Positions 33,041 through 44,111 of a DNA stretch of 64,000 nt are shown here, one piece after another. The translations under genes were made by a program, and so were the position numbers. The notes beneath the pieces were generated by a model. It was not told where the DNA came from. It saw nothing but the letters and a program-made list of their open reading frames with translations, and did not search any database. Numbering within the stretch: the stretch's first letter is position 1; every line of letters begins with the position of its first letter. Source of the stretch: a virus; IMG/VR virus record IMGVR_UViG_3300037418_001469. One strand, 5' to 3'.

Positions 33041-33940
33041 ATGAGAATGAAGAAGGACTTATTAAAAGGTATTGAACTAGGTAGAACTATTGGAGTAGAA
33101 GTAGAAGGTTACACTGGAATGTATCGTTCAATGGTTAACAACGGGGTAAGACATAGTTCAACTAAATATGATGGCAGTCTAGGACAGTCTAGAGCTAGTC
33201 AAGGTATTGAAGTAGTAACTAAGCCTATTAAACAACTAGATTTGTTAGATGAAGTATTTGAGGATATCACTAAGTATCAGTGGAATGTTGGCAGAGGAAA
33301 GGCAGGCACTCATGTACATGTTGATGCTAGAGACTACAACGTATTAGACAGAATTAAGATGGCAGTATTTATGAATCTGATTGAAAAGGCTATGTTTTTA
33401 ATGGTGAAAAAGTCTAGATGGAGTCGCAACAGCTATGGAAGAAATACTTATTGCAGACCTGTTAGTGGTGGTTGGAAAGACTTATTAAATAAGCTAAATA
33501 CGGACTATCCTGAATTTGACATAACCAAATACGGAAATATCGGACCTTTGCAGTATGATATTATTAACAAACGTAATCTGAACTATAACAGACTAATCAC
33601 TCCTAATACTATTCGCTATCAGTTTGTGAATATATGGTCATCTAGCCACAATACAATTGAATTTAGAATCTTTCATGCTATCCGTTCGGCAAAAGATGCT
33701 AAGCTATTCTCATTAATGGCATACCACCTAGTAGAAATAGTCAAACATTCTACTCTAGAACACTTAGAGTATCTTGCTGATGAAATCATGAATCAATCAA
33801 CTAGTGCTGAAAACATGCTAGAAAGATTTTCTCAAGCTATTGGACTTGATTTTATTCCCAAGATTTACAATGCTGATTTAAAAGCTATAATAGATAGAGA
33901 TAAGCGTGTCGGTGCAAGAACTTCATTTGTTGCGGTATAA
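33041..33940 (+). CDS. Putative amidoligase paralog 4
   Basis: TIGVEVE, YDGSL, GIEVVTKP, AGTHVH, RYQFVN, TIEFRIF. Confidence 0.85.
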   Translation: MRMKKDLLKGIELGRTIGVEVEGYTGMYRSMVNNGVRHSSTKYDGSLGQSRASQGIEVVTKPIKQLDLLDEVFEDITKYQWNVGRGKAGTHVHVDARDYNVLDRIKMAVFMNLIEKAMFLMVKKSRWSRNSYGRNTYCRPVSGGWKDLLNKLNTDYPEFDITKYGNIGPLQYDIINKRNLNYNRLITPNTIRYQFVNIWSSSHNTIEFRIFHAIRSAKDAKLFSLMAYHLVEIVKHSTLEHLEYLADEIMNQSTSAENMLERFSQAIGLDFIPKIYNADLKAIIDRDKRVGARTSFVAV

Positions 33941-34718
33941 TATTAAACTCTACCCTTCGGGGTAGGGTTAGGGAACTAAATTATAAAATTAAATTATAAG
34001 AAAGGTAGTGGACACCATGAACGAACAGATGTATAATAGGTATGTACAGTTGATTAATAGACGCTACAAATATGATAACACTAATATGAAAAGATATGGG
34101 CTAGTGCTAAAACTTATGGCTTGGCAATACAATGTAGGTAGAAACAAAGAGGAGGTAATGTAAAATGTACGTTATTCAAAACAGACAAAAGGGTGAGGGC
34201 TTCTATTGTGGAATCTTGTATCATGGTGAGGTTGGTTATTATACTAGTTTTTTTCCAAACCTCAACTTCAAAGAGGTAAAGAAATATGACACTAAAGAAC
34301 AAGCTAAATTCGACTTCTATTATCTAGTGGACATTTGGAATGTTGACCTTGGATTCCTTGAAATAGTACCTGTTGAATTGGTGGTAAAAACAGATGAATA
34401 ATGACTATATACTATTGTTCATGATGATAGCACTTCTTGTAGGTTCATTAATATATAGGGTGTGGAAAGACGAACAAGATTTTAAGAAGGCACACAATAA
34501 GCGTAAAAAGAAAAAGTTTTGGATATAATACAATAATAGACTTTAAGGAGGTGATTCTTATGGCAATTAATCTTAAGAAAAAACCTTTCGCAAATTTAAC
34601 TAAGAAAGTTTTAAAAAAGTAGTTGACAGTTGATAACTGATATGATACAATTAAGAAGTGGTAAGGGAGAGGTTATTCTCTCCCACAAAAAAATCTAAAA
34701 TAAAAGGATGATGTGAAT

Positions 34719-34736
34719 ATGTGTGGAATCAAGTAG
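34719..34736 (+). pseudogene. Truncated GATase 5' end (MCGIK*)
   Basis: Follows a duplicate of the promoter, leader and RBS of gene 35416. Confidence 0.65.
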
Positions 34737-34812
34737 AGCATAAAGTTTCCTCCAATGAGAAGAATATATAATAACGTGGAATTAAATATTATATTCTTAG
34801 GAGGAATTAGAA

Positions 34813-35319
34813 ATGAGCAAAGGTAAACAGTTAAAAAGCAAAGAAGAAGTAGTCGAAAGATTTTGGTCTTATGTAGATAAGGCAGATGGTTGTTGGAATT
34901 GGTTAGGAAGTAAGAATAACAAAGGCTATGGTCAATATCCAACGGTAGTTAAGCATGAAATATTCGACTCTAAGCTAGTACACAGAATAAGCTACTATCT
35001 TAATAACGGTGCTTATGATAGAAAATTAGATGTTTGTCATAAGTGTGATAATCCTTCATGTGTAAATCCTAGTCATTTATTCTTAGGTACTAGGTCTGAA
35101 AACATGATAGATTGTGTAGAAAAAGATAGGCATGATACTAGTAAGAAAGCTAAAGGCGAAAGAAGTGGTAGAGCAAAACTAGATTGGACTAAGGTTAGAG
35201 AGATTAGAGAGAAGTATGCTAAGGGTAATACTTCAACTAGAAAGTTAGCTACAGAATATGGTGTAGACAACAAGGCTATACATGCTATAGTTCAAAACAG
35301 AACTTGGATTGAAAAATAA
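34813..35319 (+). mobile_element. HNH homing endonuclease with C-terminal HTH
   Basis: CWNWLG...GYG, VHRISY, VCHKCDNPSCVNPSHLFLGTRSEN. Confidence 0.9.
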
Positions 35320-35415
35320 CAGTTGACAATTGAAAGTTGATATGGTAAACTTAAGAAGTAGTGAGGGGGCTAACCTCCTCCTACTAAAAAATCTAAAATA
35401 AAAGGATGATGTGGA

Positions 35416-36654
35416 ATGTGCGGTATAAACGGAATGGTTTTCTTAAAAGGTGTAAAACGTGATGCTCAAATGATGGCTAAAGTACGCTTTATCTTTGATG
35501 AATTAATGGTTGAGACTATGGATAGGGGCGAACATGCTACTGGATTAGCTAGCTTTAAGCGTGATGGAAGTTACGAATTTCATAAGAAAAATATCAATGC
35601 AGATAAAATGACTACAGAAGATGAAAAATATCGTGAAATTGTTGCTAACTTTGACGGTGAAGATACTAGTGTAGTAATCGCTCATACTCGCTACATGACT
35701 CAAGGAACAGCAACAAACATGGATAATAATCACCCATTTGATATTGGCAATATCGTCGGACTACATAATGGTTCGGCAAAGAATGACAATATTCTATTCA
35801 ATGAATATAAAGATAAGTTTACTCGTATTGGTCAAGTTGACAGTGAAATTGTGTTTCAATTAATTAATCACTATAACCAAGATGATATTACATTAAAAGG
35901 CTTAACAAGTGCATTGGAGGATACTAAGTTAAGAGGACTATTTGCACTAGCTTTTGTCCACAAGAACAATCCTAATATGTTACACTTAGTTAAGCAAGAA
36001 AAACCTATGTACATTGCTTATTGGAAAGAGGCAGGAATTGTTATTTTCAACTCGATTGACGACTACATTATCAAGGCTTTCCGTAAATTAGAGCGTATAG
36101 GATTCTCATTCGGACTAAAAGACACCAAGCAAAGTGTAGAGATTAAGAAAGTTACTGATGATAGATACTTCACTGTTAATGCTGATGCTGAAACAGTAGC
36201 AGATGCTATTAGTGATGAAGTTCGTTTGTATATCGAATCTTCTTCTTACACTTATTACAAAAGTGGTGTAACAACTACAACTACTACCACTAATAAGACC
36301 ACTAAGGCAACTGTTGAAGGTAAGCGTGAAAAAGTAACTGCTACAGATAGCAAAGGTTTAGTGTTGCAAGGTGAAATTGACACTGCTACAGGTGAGGTTA
36401 TTATTTGGTCTAATGATGATATTAATGATGCTGATGATGGTAGTGGTCTAAATGATGTTGAGGAATTGTCTTGCTTTGAGTGTAATGAATTAATCACAGA
36501 AACAGATATAGATGCTAGCTACAATCGTGACAATCCAAAAGACGAGTGCATTTGTTTCGATTGCTACACTGAAATCATGAACACATATGTAAATGATATG
36601 CTCGATGAAAGAAAGGAAGAATCTGTTGATTGCGATGGTCAAAAGATAGGCTAA
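35416..36654 (+). CDS. Class II (Ntn) glutamine amidotransferase 1
   Basis: N-terminal MCGI, RGEHATG, HTRYMTQG, NNHPF, HNG, VDSE. Confidence 0.9.
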   Translation: MCGINGMVFLKGVKRDAQMMAKVRFIFDELMVETMDRGEHATGLASFKRDGSYEFHKKNINADKMTTEDEKYREIVANFDGEDTSVVIAHTRYMTQGTATNMDNNHPFDIGNIVGLHNGSAKNDNILFNEYKDKFTRIGQVDSEIVFQLINHYNQDDITLKGLTSALEDTKLRGLFALAFVHKNNPNMLHLVKQEKPMYIAYWKEAGIVIFNSIDDYIIKAFRKLERIGFSFGLKDTKQSVEIKKVTDDRYFTVNADAETVADAISDEVRLYIESSSYTYYKSGVTTTTTTTNKTTKATVEGKREKVTATDSKGLVLQGEIDTATGEVIIWSNDDINDADDGSGLNDVEELSCFECNELITETDIDASYNRDNPKDECICFDCYTEIMNTYVNDMLDERKEESVDCDGQKIG

Positions 36655-36712
36655 TGTGGAGGGAGTAATCCTTCCTTTGGGATTTAAAATTATACTATAA
36701 AGAGGTGGTGCT

Positions 36713-37933
36713 ATGATACACTTCCATAAGTACAAAGAAGTTGATAGGTACTTAATGTTTACAGGTGAAGATGCAGTTATCTATAAGTGTGAAAAATGCA
36801 ACAAAGAAAAGGTTAAATACACATTAGAGACTTATATTGGTTTGAAAGATGCACTACCGTATAAAGAGTGGTTAAAATCTAAAAATATATCATAAGGAGT
36901 GGTGTTTATGAAATGGATAGCCTTAGTTAAAATAACAGATTGGCAAATGTTACATTCATGGCATAGCGGAAGTTGTGACACATACAAGTCTAAAGCTAAC
37001 TTGGAAACAAAAGAACAAGCAGAAGAATTTATTAATGAAGTGGAAAAACTTTATGAAAGTCATTACAATATCCATCGTAGCGACAGTGATAAATATAGAT
37101 TAAAACCATGTATTCTAAGCTATGATGAATCTCAAAGCGAGAATGTGGAGAACTTCTTTAGATACATGTAATCTAAAATTAAACTATAAGGAGTGTTGAA
37201 TATGATATTAGAGAATAGGTTTGGTTTATTTGTAGACGATAAGAAAATAATTATTGAAACTAATTGTGATGAAGAAGTTTTTGAAAAAGTTGTTAAATTG
37301 GTTGTTGACCATGCTATGTACTATAACATAGAACAAGTGCTTGATGTAATTAAATCATTAGGTTATGAAGCTGAGTATCTTGATGATAGCACTAATAAAG
37401 ATTTTGATTTTTAATCTAAAATTATACTATAAGGAGTGCGTGATATGATGGAGTTTACTTATAAGATGAATATATTTGGAGAAAATGACAGCTATATGAT
37501 ACAAACAGATTGTCCACTTGATACATTCAGAAAGGCAGTAGATTTCGTGAGATGCGTAAAAGATTATGATGGTTATACATTGTTAGAGGTACTAAAAGTG
37601 ACAGGTTATAATGCTGAATTTTTTGAGCCTGATAATATTACTGGAACATTTAGTTTTTAATCTAAAATTAAACTATAAGGAGTTGATAATATGACTTTAA
37701 GAGAGATAATTAAAAATCAAATATTAGATTCTACAAATGAACTAAATGTAGAACTAAGTAATGAAGAACTAAGGATTGCAATAGCAGGAGTTGAACATTG
37801 TGTCAGTGAATGTATGGCTGATTCAGTAAGTGATGCAATTTCAGGTGTTCTTTATGATAGAAAATTAGATTCTAATTTCCCACAAGATATGCCTGATTCA
37901 TTTAAAAATTTCATAAAAGAAAGGAGCAAATAA
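36713..37933 (+). CDS. Small hypothetical proteins, including paralogs ~37202-37414 and ~37445-37660
   Basis: Bounded by near-identical TAATCTAAAATTA(A/T)ACTATAAGGAGT at 37169, 37412, 37658. Confidence 0.6.
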
Positions 37934-38006
37934 AAATGACTTTTAAAATAACTGTTGACAATACAAAACTGATACTGTATGATGTTATTAAAGGAGGAAA
38001 TACAAC

Positions 38007-38270
38007 ATGAACAACATGACATTCGCAGATTATATCAAGATTAAACGTGCAGAAAAGAATCTTTCAAGAAGTGAAATGGCAAGGAGAGCAGGCTTTACTC
38101 CCCAATATGCTATGGATATTGAAAGAGGTAATATGATACCTACAGAAGATAAAATTGAAAGCCTTGTTAATGTTCTTGAATTAGATGAAAGATTAGCTTT
38201 TCAATTAGCTGACAAAATTCCTTTAAGAATATATGAGCAAGCTAAACAGAAATTCTTTGGTGAGGAGTGA
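38007..38270 (+). CDS. XRE-family HTH regulator
   Basis: RAEKNLSRSEMARRAGFTPQYAMDIERG; own promoter at 37955. Confidence 0.85.
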   Translation: MNNMTFADYIKIKRAEKNLSRSEMARRAGFTPQYAMDIERGNMIPTEDKIESLVNVLELDERLAFQLADKIPLRIYEQAKQKFFGEE

Positions 38271-38274
38271 TTAA

Positions 38275-39644
38275 ATGCCTGTATCATTGGAAAAAGATTT
38301 TCCATTTCGATTAGAGCCACAAGTAATATGTAGTTGCGGTAAAATTATCTATGAAATAGATACAATGTTTTGCTCAGGTTGTGGTGATGTAACATGTGAG
38401 AATTGCTACACTGATTGTTTTGATTGCGGTAAGATGTATTGTAGTAATTGCTCTGAAAACACTTCACAATGCCTAAGATGTAACATAAACAGTAATATAA
38501 AAGTACCTGATGAAAAAGCATTTCTAGTTATCAATGGAGTTACAACACCAATTAAGAACAGTGCTTTTATGATACAAAAGACCTCACTTGTTAATGCTAG
38601 AGACATTAGGCTTACTCTTAATGGAGTAGAGTATAGATATACTTATCGTTCATTGACACAAACAGAAAATGATAAAATGATATATGATTACCACTTATAT
38701 TTTGAAGAAGTAAAACAAGTAGCGAATATGAACGATGAAGAATTTGCAATAAGTGTGAGAAATGCTTTAAGAAGTTTCAATGAAACGCATGGATTAGCAG
38801 ATGAATACGATGATTATAGCACATTAGGTTGGTGATAATATGTCAAAAGGGTACTATGATTGCTATGGATATTTTGCAATAGACCGTCCTCATAACACCT
38901 ACCCGATAAAAAATGTTGAGCGTCACTTAGAGTCTATTCTTTCACTAAAGAAGGGTGACGTTCTTAATCTTAAAGGAATTGGTGATTTACAAGTCATAAA
39001 TTTAAATATTGATGAATATAATTATCGTGACAAAGGTAAAGATTGTCTTTATCAAGAGATTGGAATAGTATGTATAACAATATAATATTAAACCTTAGTT
39101 GAGGGGGTTGTCTTGTGCTACATGTGGTTAGTATGAAAGTGTATGGCATAGATGAAAATGGTGACGATGAAAGGCAATGGTATAAGATTAAGAACGGGGA
39201 GGAAGTTCTTAATATGGAATTATGTAGCGGTGATAAAATTCTAATAGATGGCATAGGCAACCTAGAAATACTCGGACTTCACTACAAAAGCGAAGAAACA
39301 GGCACTCACCCTTACAAGTCACTAGAAATAACTTGTGGGTTAATTACAAACGAATAATTTAAAATTAAACTATAAAAAGTAGTTGACAGTTTAAAGTTGA
39401 CTATGTTATACTTAAAGTACAGTAAGCGAAGGAGCTGATTGGTATGATAGGTAATTCTAAATTCAACATGTGGACTATAACATATATAAACAAAAAAGGA
39501 TTACACTCAAATATTGAATGTCAGGATAAGGCAGAACTCTCTATTGAATTGTCTTACTTACGAGAAAACGGTCAAGATATGGAATACGTCAATGTATTTC
39601 CTCCAAAAAGTAACCTTACTTATGATGAATTATTAAACTATTAA
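38275..39644 (+). CDS. Hypothetical proteins (Cys-rich 38275-38835; paralogs 38840-39085 and ~39133-39357; 39444-39644)
   Basis: ORF track; shared GD..L.GIG.L.(V/I) motif. Confidence 0.55.
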
Positions 39645-39657
39645 GGAGTGTTGTTCA

Positions 39658-40959
39658 ATGAGAATGTTTGATTACTTACTGTTTAACGATAGATTGGGTA
39701 AATTATCCACTAGAGATTGTGAATATTGGCAAATGATGTTCCGTAAGATTCTAAAAGTTGGTGAAGAGTTCGAAGTGCAAGCACCTAGAAACAAAGACTT
39801 AGATGATGTGTTTGATACTTTTAATCGTGCTTTTAATCCTTCTCGCTCTATTCATCATCATGGTCAACATGGTGTCAAAGAAGTAATGGGTGATGGTTCT
39901 GTACCTCATGGTGTAGAAGTAGTAACAGTAGGCAAACGGTTTGATTGGAAAACATTCTATCAAATGAATGAGCATATCATGGATACATTCGCTAAAAATG
40001 ATATTCAAACTTCACATCATACAGGAATGCATATCCACTTACTAGCAGGATATACTAACAATGACATGACAGAATTAGAACGTAATGTACCTGAAATTAT
40101 TTTAGCTAACTTTTATCAACTTCACCGTATCTTTGCACCTGAACTATATTGGATTGCTAGTGGTGGAAAAGATGATTATGCTATCACTCGATATATGTTA
40201 TTTAGACGACCACCATTTGACTATTCGGCTACCAATACTGCTATGAGCATTATCAGAGAAGAAATGAACGAACGTTATGGTAAATATCAGATGTTCAACA
40301 TGAATCATTCTAGATTCAGTAGGAGAGAGTTGTCTACTTTCCATGTTGAGATTAGACACCCTGACACACACTTGTCTCCTGCGGTATCAACAGCCTTAGT
40401 TGCCCTAGAAGTAGCATTGTTGCATAAAGCAATCGACCTATCTCAATGCGGTATTATTTCTATTAAACAAGATGAGTACGACTTTAAGAAAGCTATCTTT
40501 GATAAGTTTGTCAATATGGGTACTGGTGACAGAGAATCTGATAGTACCGATTTAGACCAAGATGATATTGAGAACTTGCAATTGCGTACTAGTGCAATGA
40601 TTCGTTGGTTAAAAGGAGAAATCTATAATTTAAATCCAATTGCCTATGACATTCTTAAAAAGATTGCGGTTACTCCATCATCATTAATGAGAATCAACGG
40701 AATGTCTTGGAGTCAAATTGATGAAAAGATTTATACTCCACGAATGATTGACCGAGAGAATGTTGATAAGCTACTAGAAATGATTGTTCTTCAACAAATT
40801 ACAGATTGTGGTAATGGTGGAGAATGGATTGATAAAGCTAGTGAACGCTTGCGACTTCCAATAGAAAAGACCAATCAACTTCTAAAAGATATTCAACTAG
40901 AGAAAGTAATGGTCTTTGATGATGAACTAGGCTCAATGTTGATGAAACAAATAGTCTAA
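39658..40959 (+). CDS. Putative amidoligase paralog 5
   Basis: VGEEFE, GDGSV, GVEVVT, TGMHIH, KYQMFN, HVEIRHP. Confidence 0.75.
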   Translation: MRMFDYLLFNDRLGKLSTRDCEYWQMMFRKILKVGEEFEVQAPRNKDLDDVFDTFNRAFNPSRSIHHHGQHGVKEVMGDGSVPHGVEVVTVGKRFDWKTFYQMNEHIMDTFAKNDIQTSHHTGMHIHLLAGYTNNDMTELERNVPEIILANFYQLHRIFAPELYWIASGGKDDYAITRYMLFRRPPFDYSATNTAMSIIREEMNERYGKYQMFNMNHSRFSRRELSTFHVEIRHPDTHLSPAVSTALVALEVALLHKAIDLSQCGIISIKQDEYDFKKAIFDKFVNMGTGDRESDSTDLDQDDIENLQLRTSAMIRWLKGEIYNLNPIAYDILKKIAVTPSSLMRINGMSWSQIDEKIYTPRMIDRENVDKLLEMIVLQQITDCGNGGEWIDKASERLRLPIEKTNQLLKDIQLEKVMVFDDELGSMLMKQIV

Positions 40960-41210
40960 TATTATATCGCAATTAAAGAGGGCTATGCCCAAGCAGATTA
41001 ACTTCTCCAAGTCGCTATCCCTCTTTAATATATAATCAAAAATTCGATTGTAGGAGTGTGTATCATGAGTGAGATTAGAGACAGAATAGAAGAACTGGAA
41101 AATAGAAAAAGCAGTATGGAAAGCATATTAGATTCAATTAATGATGAATTGAATGAACTGTATCAAGTAGAGAGTGAATTAGAATATAATAATAGACTGT
41201 AGGTGATACT

Positions 41211-41780
41211 ATGTTTATTGCTAAAGGAACGAAAGTAAAAGTTGGAAACTCACAGGTAGTACTAAGTCAAGAAACTGGATACTATCAACTAATTGAGCAA
41301 GTAGAAAGAATATATCCAATTTTAAAAGTAGTAGGTTTTAGATTTATTAGCAAAGACACAATGGTTTTATTGACAACAGAAAAAGAAGGTGATAGTGTGG
41401 TAATCCCAAAAGGAACGACTGTTTCATTTGTTGCTAATGGAGAACTTCAAAAGTATGAATTAGAAATGAATGCTACTATTGATATGGTCGAAGAGTCTAT
41501 CTTAGAATGGTTTGAAGGCTATAGAGAAGAGTCTTTATGCTTCAACGGTATAAACTACATGTTTCCTAATATAGCGTCAGGATATGCGATTATTGAAGGC
41601 AAGATGGCAGAACGTTTTGAAGAAGAAAATAAAAAAACATACTTTTCAATGAAAGATGTAAAAAATGTACTTACGCTTGGGGTAAGAAAAGGTGACACAT
41701 TGCACCTAAAAGGTTACTCTAGCTTTAAAGTATCTAGTGTTGACTTTGGCAATAATATGATTTGCCTTTCACTTGAGTAA
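41211..41780 (+). CDS. Hypothetical protein
   Basis: ORF; internal repeat (I/P)KGT.V. Confidence 0.55.
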   Translation: MFIAKGTKVKVGNSQVVLSQETGYYQLIEQVERIYPILKVVGFRFISKDTMVLLTTEKEGDSVVIPKGTTVSFVANGELQKYELEMNATIDMVEESILEWFEGYREESLCFNGINYMFPNIASGYAIIEGKMAERFEEENKKTYFSMKDVKNVLTLGVRKGDTLHLKGYSSFKVSSVDFGNNMICLSLE

Positions 41781-41875
41781 AAAATTTAAAAAAGTAGTTG
41801 ACAACTGACATTGGATAGTGTAATATAAAGGTATAGCAAAAAACAAAATTTGAAAAACGAAAGAGGTAATGTGAA

Positions 41876-42994
41876 ATGTGTGGAATCTTCGGCTTAATGA
41901 TGTACTCAAAACAACGTACAAAGGAAGAATTACGATTCATTAAGGAATTAGCGACAGAACTAGCTATTGAAAATCAGGCTCGTGGCACTCACGCAACTGG
42001 TATTGCTACATTCGGAAAAAATGGCAATGATGTACTAAAGCACAACGTATCTGCTGATGAACTTACAAGCTATGCTACATGGTGGAATTTCTTAGATAAG
42101 AATATTAGTGATAATACTTACAATATCCTTGGTCATACTAGATATGCAACTCAAGGCTCTCCTGATAACAATGATAATAACCATCCTATCGTGACAGCTA
42201 GTGCAATTGGTATTCACAACGGTTGGATTAATAATGATGATAGCTTATTCAACAAAGAGAATTTGTTTAGGCAAGCAGAAGTTGATAGTGAAGTAATTTT
42301 TCGACTAGCTGATAAAGAAATTGGCAATGACAGAGAGAATACAAAGACAATGGCAGAAAAACTAGCAGGAGTGTACGCAGTAGCATTTGTTAAAAAGAAT
42401 GAACCACATATCCTTAACTGGTTTAGAAACAACAACCCTACTACATTCGCTTATATTCCTGAATTAAATATCACTGTATTTGCTAGTCTACAAGCATACA
42501 TTAAGAGTGCAATTGCTACAGTAAATGCCTCTGTATACTATGAAACAGGATTCTCAGTAAGTGAGCAAATTGAATACTTCTCACCTATTCAAGATACTAT
42601 CATGCAATTCGATGTAACTGAAAACACTCCTATCCAACAACTAGCACAAGAACCTTTACGATTTCAAGAATCATACGATTACTCATATGGTGGTTATGGC
42701 TATAGCAAAGGTGCTTGGTTTGATGAAGAGTGGTACGACTACCGCACTGACAGACAACAAGAAGAAGAACATGCTAATTCAATTGAAAGCATTTATGAAT
42801 TTATCGAAGAAAAGAATCTAGAATATTTTATGAGTACTGATGAATATGCTGAAATGATTGAATTGCTAGACCAAAATGAAAAAAACGAATGGTCTAAAGG
42901 CTATAAGGCAGGAAGAGAATCTACTGAAAACGAAATTAAACTACTCAAAGAACAAGTCAGAACATTATCGCTAGGAGCTAAACTAGCTAACTAA
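41876..42994 (+). CDS. Class II (Ntn) glutamine amidotransferase 2
   Basis: MCGIFG, RGTHATG, GHTRYATQG, NNHP, HNG, VDSE. Confidence 0.9.
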   Translation: MCGIFGLMMYSKQRTKEELRFIKELATELAIENQARGTHATGIATFGKNGNDVLKHNVSADELTSYATWWNFLDKNISDNTYNILGHTRYATQGSPDNNDNNHPIVTASAIGIHNGWINNDDSLFNKENLFRQAEVDSEVIFRLADKEIGNDRENTKTMAEKLAGVYAVAFVKKNEPHILNWFRNNNPTTFAYIPELNITVFASLQAYIKSAIATVNASVYYETGFSVSEQIEYFSPIQDTIMQFDVTENTPIQQLAQEPLRFQESYDYSYGGYGYSKGAWFDEEWYDYRTDRQQEEEHANSIESIYEFIEEKNLEYFMSTDEYAEMIELLDQNEKNEWSKGYKAGRESTENEIKLLKEQVRTLSLGAKLAN

Positions 42995-43028
42995 TCTAAT
43001 AATATATCTTAAAGGAGCGTGTTGTGTA

Positions 43029-44111
43029 ATGCCAATTAATAGAATCCCTAGACCTCGACGAACAGAAGAACGAGTCGAGTATATTAGCCGAGAAACAGCA
43101 GACCAATGTTTGGTTGATTATTGTGAGGAGTTTGACATTAACCTAAATAGAATACCTCATGAGAATATTGGTTCATTTCTTAATGAAATTAGATACACTC
43201 CTTTAGATGTACCAACAGAGGCAGTGGCAGAAATTTGTGGAATTACACCCGAAGACTATATATCAGAAACTCCTATTGTTGAAAGCCTTAATGATTTTGA
43301 AAATGATTTTGAACAGTGGTATTCAACTGTTATAAATAATAGTCGCCCTGCTAGGATTAGTAATAATTTCGCAGAACTAAGGCAGGAAGCAAATGCTAGT
43401 CAAAATACTGCAATTCCAATTAGTTTTGCTGATATTGCGGTATCTACCCCAATTTTTCAAACCACAATGGCTAAGAAAAAGAAAAAGCCACAAAGGAGTG
43501 AAAGAGAGATAATGATGGAGATTATTAGAGGAGAGAATTTTCCTAAGCCTAACTTTAAAGATTGGTCATCTAGAAAAGAACTACAAGATATTGTTAACGA
43601 TTGGTTTAGGAATATTGAATATCGTGAGCAATGGATTTTTTCTAGAAGAGAGCGTGAAGGATTCAATAGACGAAATGTTGGAATGTTCAATCTTGATGAT
43701 GTAATGGCTCGTATGACGAAACGTAAAAACGGACACCCACTTGATACTGAAAAGAGTAAGTTTTACGATTGGAAATTAGGTGGAACTGATTGGACACTTC
43801 GACTTGAGTTATATCAACATGAACAATACTACTTCTTAATTAGTCGCTATATTCACAAGCCTACACACGCAGAGATTAAGTATGATGTACGCTATTGGAG
43901 TGGTAACAGTTTTCAGGTAATCAATACATTAGTTTCAAACGAAAAAGGTCACGAATTACAATTTGAAATGGCATTCGGTAGTAACAATCCTGACAGTGAT
44001 TACTATGTTGAGCCTCATGATGGTAATGATGATGATTTTTATGATAGTCCTTTTTATTACACAAGAGAGTCTGACGATGATTGCTTAGAAGAACCGTGGG
44101 AAGACGATTGA
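43029..44111 (+). CDS. Hypothetical protein with acidic tail
   Basis: Long ORF with RBS. Confidence 0.6.
   Translation: MPINRIPRPRRTEERVEYISRETADQCLVDYCEEFDINLNRIPHENIGSFLNEIRYTPLDVPTEAVAEICGITPEDYISETPIVESLNDFENDFEQWYSTVINNSRPARISNNFAELRQEANASQNTAIPISFADIAVSTPIFQTTMAKKKKKPQRSEREIMMEIIRGENFPKPNFKDWSSRKELQDIVNDWFRNIEYREQWIFSRREREGFNRRNVGMFNLDDVMARMTKRKNGHPLDTEKSKFYDWKLGGTDWTLRLELYQHEQYYFLISRYIHKPTHAEIKYDVRYWSGNSFQVINTLVSNEKGHELQFEMAFGSNNPDSDYYVEPHDGNDDDFYDSPFYYTRESDDDCLEEPWEDD

Noticed and set aside
34719-35416. Group I intron splitting the GATase gene
   Set aside because: The downstream copy has its own promoter, RBS and complete N-terminus, and no intron core flanks the HNH
37169-37683. 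26-bp direct repeats as a CRISPR array
   Set aside because: The intervening ~220 nt are protein-coding genes and no cas genes are present
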